This document shows, in pieces, positions 1 to 8,468 of a stretch of DNA of 40,561 nt; within the stretch, counting starts at the first letter, position 1; each line of letters starts with the position of its first letter. The DNA comes from a virus. Its lineage: Duplodnaviria; Caudoviricetes. The stretch is taken from IMG/VR virus record IMGVR_UViG_3300007551_000005, positions 1 through 40,561 of that record; one strand, 5' to 3'. Below the pieces are notes generated by a model that saw nothing but the letters and a program-made list of their open reading frames with translations, did not search any database and had not been told where the DNA came from. The translations under genes were made by a program, and so were the position numbers.

Positions 1-1
1 A

Positions 2-340
2 CACCCGATCTATAACGACATATTGCCAATTACTGATATTGATTCAATAAAACAAAGCCTAAAAAACTTGTTATTGACAAACCGGTATGACCGCTGCTTT
101 CAACCTGACATCTATTCTGACATAACATCATTGTTATTTGAACAGGTTGATATCTTTTCTGAAATTGAATTAAAGGAAAAAATAGAAAACGTAATTGATC
201 AATATGAACCACGAATAAGCGACTATGAAGTTATGGTTTCAGACGACTCTGAAAAAAATGCATATCGCGTCTCTATTAAGTTTGAAACTTCATACGATTC
301 GTCTTCTGAAATAGTAATATATTTAACTCGTATACGATAA
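2..340 (+). CDS. gp25: Baseplate wedge subunit gp25-like (5'-truncated)
   Basis: Frame is open from the window edge (HPIYNDILPITDIDSIKQSLKNLLLTN...IDQYEPRI). This matches the gp25/GPW pattern, and the gene lies directly upstream of gp6. Confidence 0.9.
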   Translation, partial: HPIYNDILPITDIDSIKQSLKNLLLTNRYDRCFQPDIYSDITSLLFEQVDIFSEIELKEKIENVIDQYEPRISDYEVMVSDDSEKNAYRVSIKFETSYDSSSEIVIYLTRIR

Positions 341-2220
341 TGGAAATTCCTACACAGTCAGTAGCAGTCACAGAATTAGACTTTGATGCGATAAAGGCAT
401 CTTTGATAGATTATTTTAAAACTCAAGATGGTCCGTTTAAAGACTGGGACTATACTGGATCTGGTTTAAACTTATTGGTTGACGTACTCGCGCATAACAC
501 TCACTATAATGCTATACTCGCGCACATGGCGGTAAACGAAAGCTTTATAGATTCGGCACAACTTCGTCAAAATGTTGTATCGGCAGCAAAGTTAATTGGC
601 TACACTCCACGAAGCGCCGTTGCTGCAAAAGCAAAAATTGCGTGCAGCGTACCTCCTCGGACTGACTCAATAAATGAGTATGTGATACCATCCGGTTCGC
701 TCTTTTATTCAAACATAACCGATCGTACAAAAAATAGAGGCTACAAATTTACTAACCTAAACGATATTGTTTGTCGTAAAAATTCAAACGGCTTGCTGAT
801 AGCAAATAACGTTGAAATACATCAGGGCGAAATTGTAACAAAACGCATTCAAATAAATTCTGCACAAAGTAATAACGAATATATTATAGACGATAAAAAC
901 ATTGATTTAAGCACCTTAAAGGTAGCAGTGTTTCAAAACGGAAGGTCTGAAATAAATGAAGTATACAGCAGATTTTCTGATATAAATGCAGTTAACGGCT
1001 CTACTCCAATTTATTTCGTGTATGAAAATTATAACGGAAACTATGTAATATCATTTGGTAATGGTGTATTTGGTAAAAAGCCTGATAATCTTAATGTCTT
1101 AGAGCTTAGTTATTTGATTACTGACGGGGTTGGTTCAAATGGTTCAAATATATTTTCATATTCAAGCTTTTTTGATTCCACTAAAATTACGAAGGTTGAT
1201 CTATTTACTATAGATCGTGCTCTAGGAGGAGCCGACCAGGAATCGACAAGCAGCATAAAATACAACGCCCCGTTGCAGTATATCTCTCAAAATCGTGCCG
1301 TCACCGCAGAAGACTATAAAACGTTAATATACGGAAAATTTCCAAACGTAAAATCCATATCAGTATGGGGTGGTGAAGAAAATGAACCGCCTCAGTACGG
1401 TAAAGTTTTTGTGTCAATTAGAAAAAATAGAGACATTAACTACACGTCTGACTTTTTAACCTATGAAGAAAAGCAAGAAGTATTATCTTACTTAAGCGAT
1501 AAAAAGGTACTTTCAATATTTCCTGAAATAGTTGATCCAGAATATGTAAATATTGTTCTTGACGTGTTGTTTAAATATAACCGCAACCTTACCACATACA
1601 CAAAGGTACAACTTGAAAACAAAGTCAAAGAAACAATAAGTGCGTTTAACACCCAATATCTAGATTCATTTGACGGCGTATTTCGTCATTCATTTTTAAC
1701 AAAGACTATTGACGGCTCAAACCCATCAATATTAAATTCCCACGTAAGAATCTATATTTCTAAAAGCGCAACGCTTCTCGCAGATTCTCCAGAAAAGATA
1801 ACTTTAAAGTATGGTGTTCCACTTACAGTTGACAATGACGTTACGATTATAAATTCAACCGGATGGGACTATAACGGGGTAACGTATTATATCGGCGACA
1901 CAAAAGATGACACTTCAAATGACGTTCGCTCGTTGTTTATATATTACTACGACTCAAATAATATACCTATTGTAAAGGAAAAAAACGTTGGCAAAATAAC
2001 ATTAAGCACAGGAATATTAGAATTAAGTCCACTATTTGCTGACGAAAATATTACTTTAACGCTAGATCTTATACCGCTTTCAAATGATCTTGCGCCAAAA
2101 CGCAATCAACTTATACAAATTGATACTTCACGACTAAACGTCTATGGCGAAGTTGACGCTATTGCTGTTGGTGGATCAAACCGTGCAGTAGAATATACAA
2201 CATTTAGTAGAGACCGTTAA
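340..2220 (+). CDS. gp6: Baseplate wedge subunit gp6
   Basis: 626 aa with T4 gp6 motifs: ELDFDAIKASL, DYTGSGL, LAHNTHY, NESFIDSAQLR, QNRAVTAEDY, WGGEENEPPQYGKVF. Confidence 0.95.
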   Translation: MEIPTQSVAVTELDFDAIKASLIDYFKTQDGPFKDWDYTGSGLNLLVDVLAHNTHYNAILAHMAVNESFIDSAQLRQNVVSAAKLIGYTPRSAVAAKAKIACSVPPRTDSINEYVIPSGSLFYSNITDRTKNRGYKFTNLNDIVCRKNSNGLLIANNVEIHQGEIVTKRIQINSAQSNNEYIIDDKNIDLSTLKVAVFQNGRSEINEVYSRFSDINAVNGSTPIYFVYENYNGNYVISFGNGVFGKKPDNLNVLELSYLITDGVGSNGSNIFSYSSFFDSTKITKVDLFTIDRALGGADQESTSSIKYNAPLQYISQNRAVTAEDYKTLIYGKFPNVKSISVWGGEENEPPQYGKVFVSIRKNRDINYTSDFLTYEEKQEVLSYLSDKKVLSIFPEIVDPEYVNIVLDVLFKYNRNLTTYTKVQLENKVKETISAFNTQYLDSFDGVFRHSFLTKTIDGSNPSILNSHVRIYISKSATLLADSPEKITLKYGVPLTVDNDVTIINSTGWDYNGVTYYIGDTKDDTSNDVRSLFIYYYDSNNIPIVKEKNVGKITLSTGILELSPLFADENITLTLDLIPLSNDLAPKRNQLIQIDTSRLNVYGEVDAIAVGGSNRAVEYTTFSRDR

Positions 2221-2222
2221 GC

Positions 2223-5200
2223 ATGCTCCTAAGTATAGCAAATTCTCGTCCGCGTAACATGGAATCCATTGGAGTGGAGGGGCTCTACCCGCCGGCTCTA
2301 CGAGAGTCAGCGAGTTCGCTTATTGGATTTATTGAACAATACTATAATTATTTAAACAGCATTGGGTTGCCGTCAAACGAGATTGCAAACATTACTCGTG
2401 ACAAAGACATTGATATTGTATCAAACAAGTATCTAACCGAAATACAGAGCCTTATAGCGCGAAACATACCAAACAGCCGCGCAGTTGATAAAGTTACTCT
2501 CTACAGAATTATTATACAGTATTATCGTACACGCGGGTCAGAAGACAGCATACACACCTTTTTTAAAATTTTCTTTGATGAAATTGTAGATATATTCTAT
2601 CCACGAAACTATTTGTTTGACCTGTCTGGAGGTCGTGGGTCGTGGTCACCTCTTAATATAGCTTCTCTTAGAGAGACCGCCACAAATCCAAATAAAGTTA
2701 CTATAGAAGTAACATCAGACTATAAAATAGGGCCGTTTTCAATTTTTGACCAGGCGCCATACGTGGTAACGCTAAAGGCATTTAGTAAGTATGTATGGAC
2801 CTATGACGGCGGTCAAAAGTCATTTAACTTGCCGTATATTGAACGCGTAAATATATCTGAAGTTGGGCAGCCCGCAGTATTTAGATGGGTATACAAGTAC
2901 CGAGACGAGGTTGAGTTATACAGCACCGACGACACCCCATGGCCTGACGAGGCGCAGTGGCAAGTATTTTCTCGCAACATTGAAACATCATTTGCCCCTG
3001 TTGGGGCGATGGATCTTGAGTCAGGGTTGCTGTCGTTGATGGAAAATGGCGTAATCAATTTGGAAGAAAACGCAACGGGTGGTAGTTCGTTAATTATAAA
3101 AAATATACAATACGACACTGCAGAAATAATACCGATACTTCCGACGATTGAACCCGAATTAATAACTGATGAATTTTCGTCAGTATTACTTGCTACTCCG
3201 CTATGGCAATTTTCTTCTGTTGCCGCTACACTGTCTGGCTTTAAAATTACTACAGAATTTGCAGTTACGACTGAAATATCATGGGATGATTCGACGCCTC
3301 TTACAGTTGCTGCCAGTGGCGTGCCTGTTTCTCACTCATACGTATTACCAATAGTCCCATCACCGATTGTACCAATTCCAGTGAGTGACATTGGTAGAAA
3401 CTTTATTGATGAGTCGCAGCTATCAAACGAAATAGTTAGTGAAAACATAATTGTTATTGGAGACGACGACATTGATATTTCACTCTATGGCTTAACAACT
3501 GAGGACGCCGAATTTTTAATCGTTGAAAGAGGACTTGAACCAGAAAGAAATGCTCTTGCTGTTGAAAGTGGAGTACGCGAAGAAAGATTTATCGCTATCG
3601 TTGACAGCAAAAATGTTGAGTATTATCACATATTTAATGTAGAAGTATTTCCGCAATACACTACGAAAATTGGAGACTTCGTTCATTCTTTAGAAGATGT
3701 TCAGGCCGGAGAATATAACGGTGACTTTAGACTGTCAAAAGTGTATCGTAGTATAGACCTTGATCCAATCTCTTGGGTTGAAATTGATAAAAACGTTGAT
3801 GTTTGGACCTATGAAGACAACAAGTCATTTGCGTCTGACTTATACAAGCTGCATGACGGCGAGTATTGGCAAAAATATTCTTATCGCATACGGTGCGGCC
3901 TCCCTCAAGAGGATTGGATAAATGACTATTTACGATTTGTACACCCTTCAGGCTTAAAGTTGTTTAGCGCAATACTCTATGAATTTGTCTCTCGCACTGC
4001 ATGGAACAACGCGATTGACTACAGAGCGAAAAAGCCACAAGACAGCTATTTGTGGTTAAACACATATGACCCTCCAGTTGTTGGCTATCATACCCCACGC
4101 TATCAACCTGGCTGGTTAACTGGAAACGAACGTCTGCTAACAATTATTCTAGAATATCTAAAGAGTAGCGGAAGCGAAGATGATTTTATACGAATGATAA
4201 GAATCATTGTTAAACTTTTTTCGCAAAACGCTAATCCGCGAAATAAAACCATTCGTACAGAATATCAGGGGTGGCTAAAGTATCTTGATCCCAATGAACT
4301 TATAGCTGGCTATGCAGACAAAACTTTTGACGAGGCAAACTCTCCTTGGGTTGACAACTCGCGAACGTTGTTTAATAATATTTCGTCATTTATCAGCTTT
4401 AGATACAAAGACACGTCTTATTATCCGTGGTTCTACAGTCAGCTGATACCTCTTGACCCAGTATACGAAGACACCGACCTAAGTTATAACGAAGCGACTA
4501 TAAGTTCGTTTGACATTGAAATGACGCCATACAATAACAGCACGCTTGAAGACCGGGAGCCGCTAACGTATCGCCACGCTCTTGAGCAACAAAATGGCGA
4601 CGACTTTATAACAGAAGACAGCAGTAAGCAGTTTATTACGGAAGGTCAAGTGCACGCAAGAACCGTGACAAGTTTTACATCTAACAAGTCTGTTGTAAAA
4701 GAAAATGAAATTGTACGTTTCTATGCGCTGACAAAATATATACCTGAAGGTACGACTCTCTACTGGAACGTTTCAGAACCAAATATCTATCCTCAGTCTG
4801 GCACGTGTGTCGTAAAAAATGAAGTGGCAGTCTTTAGAGCAGTACCGCTTGTAAACTTTACTGACGGCGCCTCTCAAACATTTACTGCAACTATTCGTCA
4901 GGGCGGGCCAAACGGCGCAATACTTGCCAACAGCGAACCAGTTACTGTAAATAATAATTTAGATTTACCAACATACTTAATATCAGCAAATACAAACAGC
5001 ACAATCGAAGGTGGCGGAGTAACATTTAATATAACAACAACCGGCGTTGATGACTACGAAGGGTTATACTACGTAGCTTCATTACCAAATGACGTAGCGC
5101 CAGCAATGGGAGGCCTGGTTGTTAAAAATAATGCTGCGTCATTTACTCTAATGGCGTCTCTAGACGACTTGAATTCTGAAGGCTCAGAATATTTTGACGT

Positions 5201-5423
5201 TAAAATATACGCGTGTGACTCCGCCGGATTAAGTGTCGCAACAAGTGAAAGCATAGAAATAAAAGATGCATACAGAGTGTGGGAATTTATTTCAAAGCCT
5301 GCACAACTTTCTGATTTTTCTGTGTCAACAAGCCCAGCATCACAAATACAAATTGGATGGAATGACGGCTCACTCGCTCAAACACTTGATAGCGCCGACC
5401 TCGTGTCACACACCTATTCATAA
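2223..5423 (+). CDS. gp7: Baseplate wedge initiator gp7-like, extended with acidic motifs, two Calx-beta/Ig-like domains and two PKD-like half-domains
   Basis: Follows gp6. Motifs YRTRGSEDSIHTFFKIFF and LHDGEYWQKYSYRI...VHPSG are typical of gp7 in T4-like phages. Confidence 0.8.
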   Translation: MLLSIANSRPRNMESIGVEGLYPPALRESASSLIGFIEQYYNYLNSIGLPSNEIANITRDKDIDIVSNKYLTEIQSLIARNIPNSRAVDKVTLYRIIIQYYRTRGSEDSIHTFFKIFFDEIVDIFYPRNYLFDLSGGRGSWSPLNIASLRETATNPNKVTIEVTSDYKIGPFSIFDQAPYVVTLKAFSKYVWTYDGGQKSFNLPYIERVNISEVGQPAVFRWVYKYRDEVELYSTDDTPWPDEAQWQVFSRNIETSFAPVGAMDLESGLLSLMENGVINLEENATGGSSLIIKNIQYDTAEIIPILPTIEPELITDEFSSVLLATPLWQFSSVAATLSGFKITTEFAVTTEISWDDSTPLTVAASGVPVSHSYVLPIVPSPIVPIPVSDIGRNFIDESQLSNEIVSENIIVIGDDDIDISLYGLTTEDAEFLIVERGLEPERNALAVESGVREERFIAIVDSKNVEYYHIFNVEVFPQYTTKIGDFVHSLEDVQAGEYNGDFRLSKVYRSIDLDPISWVEIDKNVDVWTYEDNKSFASDLYKLHDGEYWQKYSYRIRCGLPQEDWINDYLRFVHPSGLKLFSAILYEFVSRTAWNNAIDYRAKKPQDSYLWLNTYDPPVVGYHTPRYQPGWLTGNERLLTIILEYLKSSGSEDDFIRMIRIIVKLFSQNANPRNKTIRTEYQGWLKYLDPNELIAGYADKTFDEANSPWVDNSRTLFNNISSFISFRYKDTSYYPWFYSQLIPLDPVYEDTDLSYNEATISSFDIEMTPYNNSTLEDREPLTYRHALEQQNGDDFITEDSSKQFITEGQVHARTVTSFTSNKSVVKENEIVRFYALTKYIPEGTTLYWNVSEPNIYPQSGTCVVKNEVAVFRAVPLVNFTDGASQTFTATIRQGGPNGAILANSEPVTVNNNLDLPTYLISANTNSTIEGGGVTFNITTTGVDDYEGLYYVASLPNDVAPAMGGLVVKNNAASFTLMASLDDLNSEGSEYFDVKIYACDSAGLSVATSESIEIKDAYRVWEFISKPAQLSDFSVSTSPASQIQIGWNDGSLAQTLDSADLVSHTYS

Positions 5424-5428
5424 GATAA

Positions 5429-5436
5429 TATAAATA
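5429..5436 (+). promoter_or_regulatory. T4-type late promoter TATAAATA
   Basis: Exact consensus ending 6 nt before the ATG at 5443. Confidence 0.8.
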
Positions 5437-5442
5437 TAGCAT

Positions 5443-6978
5443 ATGCCTGACGTAAAATTTTCACAGCTCACGCCAATAACTGCAGCGCAATCCGCTGACT
5501 ATATACCAATTGTTGATGTTTCTGACCCTCTTATGTCAGAAAATGGAAGCAACGCAGTCATAAGTATTGGTGACCTTACATCTTCGCTGTTTGATGGCAT
5601 GGCAAACGGCTCTATAAGCATCTCTAAACTACAAGCAAATCCAACCTTTACTGGAAACGTCACTCTGCCAAGCACGACGTCCATTGGTGAAGTAGGCGCA
5701 ACCGAAATTGGTTTTTTATCTGGATTACGCAACAACATACAGTATCAGTTAGACAACCCATTTTTTCCAGTTCCTGGCACACTAACGATTGGACCTGGAA
5801 CGACAACAAACGCGCCGCTTAGATTAATGGCTGGTACAAACCTAGCAACTCCAGTCTCTGGAAGCGTTGAGTTTGACGGCACAAACTTGTACTACACAAA
5901 TAGTACCCCCGCGCGCCAAATATTGGCTACTAAAACCTATGTAGACGCAGCAGTATCAAGTATAATAGACGGCGCGCCTGATCTTTTAAACACGCTTAAC
6001 GAAATATCGATAGCACTCACTGCTAAGGCTCCTTTAGCCAGCCCAACCTTTACGGGAACAGTAACTCTACCAACTGGTACAGTCACAAGCGACATGATTG
6101 TAAACAGCACAATTGTTAATGCAGACATTAGTCTAACCGCAGCAATTGCAGGCACAAAGATTAGTCCAAATTTTGGATCAGGAAACGTTATCACTACTGG
6201 ATCACTTACCGTTGGTGACGACGCTCAGTTTACAAGCCGTATTGGAACAACCGACGTCACTCCACAATCTCAAGTGATTGGTGCGAGTGACAACGCCGGA
6301 GCTCTCTTTGGGCGCTTTTCAAACGACGGCGCGTCGTCACGACACAGTTTCATAAAGTCTCGCTCGACAACAAAGGGCGCCCACTCCATAGTATTTGCCG
6401 GCGACGACTTGGGCATGATCGTCGCTGGCGGCTCGGACGGAGTAAAAATAGTCGAAGCGACTCGAATACACTCAGAAGTTGACGCCGCAGTCGCAGTAGC
6501 TGGAGGCTCATTTGTTGTTGGAAAGCGTTATCGTATAGTGGCTCTTGGAAACACCGTTTGGGCTGCTGTTGGATGGGTCGCTGTTCCGCCAGCAACAAAC
6601 CCGGCAGTTGGAGACTTTTTTACAGCAACCGCGTCTGGTACAGTTAGTACAGGAACTGCGAGCGAGGAGCCAAAACTTGATGTTATGCCAGGCCGCTTGA
6701 TATTCAGTACAACTGGTAGAGGAGCAGCTACTGTCACCGCACGCATGCATATCAACAGCGACGGCAACGTTGGCATCAATACAACCACGGTTGATCCAAG
6801 TTGTTTGCTTCAGCTGACAAGCACGGCTAAAGGATTTCGACCACCAGCAATGACGACGTCTCAGCGCAACCTTATTACTTCGCCAATCGCCGGCCTAATG
6901 ATTTACAACAGCAGCACTAATAAATTAAACTTTTATAACGGGAATGCATGGGAAGCAGTAACTTCAACACCCGCGTAA
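5443..6978 (+). CDS. Tail fibre-like protein (KFSQL N-terminus)
   Basis: SPTFTGTVTLP shaft motifs, DGAPDLLNTLNEI, MPGRLIFSTT...GNVGINTT, and C-terminal PPAMTTSQRNLI...GLMIYN...W, all common in phage fibres. Confidence 0.75.
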   Translation: MPDVKFSQLTPITAAQSADYIPIVDVSDPLMSENGSNAVISIGDLTSSLFDGMANGSISISKLQANPTFTGNVTLPSTTSIGEVGATEIGFLSGLRNNIQYQLDNPFFPVPGTLTIGPGTTTNAPLRLMAGTNLATPVSGSVEFDGTNLYYTNSTPARQILATKTYVDAAVSSIIDGAPDLLNTLNEISIALTAKAPLASPTFTGTVTLPTGTVTSDMIVNSTIVNADISLTAAIAGTKISPNFGSGNVITTGSLTVGDDAQFTSRIGTTDVTPQSQVIGASDNAGALFGRFSNDGASSRHSFIKSRSTTKGAHSIVFAGDDLGMIVAGGSDGVKIVEATRIHSEVDAAVAVAGGSFVVGKRYRIVALGNTVWAAVGWVAVPPATNPAVGDFFTATASGTVSTGTASEEPKLDVMPGRLIFSTTGRGAATVTARMHINSDGNVGINTTTVDPSCLLQLTSTAKGFRPPAMTTSQRNLITSPIAGLMIYNSSTNKLNFYNGNAWEAVTSTPA

Positions 6979-7034
6979 TTCTATAAAATACCAAAGAGAG
7001 ACTCCCTATTAGCAATTAACCGCTAAATAACTAT

Positions 7035-7042
7035 TATAAATA
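7035..7042 (+). promoter_or_regulatory. T4-type late promoter TATAAATA
   Basis: Exact consensus. The 17-nt TATAAATATAGCATATG is identical to the one at 5429. Confidence 0.8.
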
Positions 7043-7048
7043 TAGCAT

Positions 7049-8455
7049 ATGGCTACAGTAAAAATTTCGCAGTTAAATGAGTTAAGCAACCCTACGCAAG
7101 TAACTGCGGGTGACCTACTGCATATTATTAACATAGAAGAATATTCGCAAAATTATCCGGCTGGCACAAACAAAAGAATCAAGGCAATAACACTTGCAAA
7201 CGGTCTTGCTGGACTAGCAACTACTATTCCTCCAGTAATACAGTCAGCGCTAGACAGCAAGGTGTCACTTGAAAATTTTAATAATGCCGGACTAAAAATT
7301 GCTGCGCCAGTCGCTGCAGCGACTACAACAGGTATAAACCTAGCCAGCACGCTAAATGGAGTCTTTATAGACGGCGTACAACTCGCTGTTAATGATCGCC
7401 TGCTTGTAAAAGATCAAACATTAAATAAATTTAACGGCATCTATGTAGTAAACGCTGGTGTGCCTACACGAGCAACTGACTTTGACACAATAACAGAAAT
7501 TAACGGCGGCTATGTGCTTGTAAATGGAGGAGACACCCAAAGGGGCGCAGGATTTGCAGTAACTACTACAGTCGCGGTGGTTGACACCGATCCGATTGTA
7601 TTTACTCAATTTACTTCCGCGGCTACAAATATCAACAAGGCTTCTATAGGTCTTGGTCAAGTTAATAACACGAGTGACCTCAATAAGCCGCTGTCGACAG
7701 CAACAATTGCTGCTCTAGCCCTCAAGCAAGGCACAATAACAGGTGCGGCATCAACAATAACCACGGACAACCTTGCTATCAATCGCGCACTAGTTTCGAG
7801 TAGCGGTGGTAAAGTAGCAGTAAGCGCGATAACAAGCACCGAGTTAGGACGTCTTGGCGGCATCTCTGGCAACGTTCAAACTTTGTTGGATGCAAAGGCT
7901 CCAATCAACAACCCCACATTTACTGGAACTGTAACGCTACCAACAGGAACAACGATCGGAGGAGCCCCAGTTGCCCTCATTCCGCCCGGTGCAGTTATGG
8001 CTTTTGCAATGCAAACGGCACCAAGCGGGTGGCTGCCTTGTGACGGCCGTCGCATAAGTCGCACAAACCCACTCTATGCGCCTCTCTTTGCTGCAATTGG
8101 TACCATATACGGCGCAGGAAACGGCTCTACAAATTTTGACATTCCAGACCTTCGCGGGTATTTTGTTCGTGGCTGGGACGACGGCCGCAGCGTTGACGAT
8201 GGACGGGCGTTTGGATCAAATCAGGCCGACGCTTTACAAAATATTACAGGCAAAATAAATTTAAACACAAATGCTGGTCTTGCGGCAAGTTTTAGTGGCG
8301 CTTTTTACTCTGAAGAAGGCAGTACTTCAACACAAGTTCGATTTGGAGAAGGAGGAGTACCTGGTGACTATACGTTTGATGCGTCACGTGTCGCCAGAAC
8401 TTCAACGGAAACTCGCCCTAAAAACATCGCGATGCTCTATTGCATTAAACTATAA
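7049..8455 (+). CDS. Tail fibre with C-terminal phage tail-collar domain (gp12-like)
   Basis: IDGVQLAVNDRLLVKDQ...NGIY module. Collar motifs: PPGAVMAFA...PSGWLPCDG...LFAAIGTIYG...PDLRGYFVRGWDDGR...ETRPKNIAMLYCIK. Confidence 0.85.
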   Translation: MATVKISQLNELSNPTQVTAGDLLHIINIEEYSQNYPAGTNKRIKAITLANGLAGLATTIPPVIQSALDSKVSLENFNNAGLKIAAPVAAATTTGINLASTLNGVFIDGVQLAVNDRLLVKDQTLNKFNGIYVVNAGVPTRATDFDTITEINGGYVLVNGGDTQRGAGFAVTTTVAVVDTDPIVFTQFTSAATNINKASIGLGQVNNTSDLNKPLSTATIAALALKQGTITGAASTITTDNLAINRALVSSSGGKVAVSAITSTELGRLGGISGNVQTLLDAKAPINNPTFTGTVTLPTGTTIGGAPVALIPPGAVMAFAMQTAPSGWLPCDGRRISRTNPLYAPLFAAIGTIYGAGNGSTNFDIPDLRGYFVRGWDDGRSVDDGRAFGSNQADALQNITGKINLNTNAGLAASFSGAFYSEEGSTSTQVRFGEGGVPGDYTFDASRVARTSTETRPKNIAMLYCIKL

Positions 8456-8468
8456 TAACTAAAGATCT

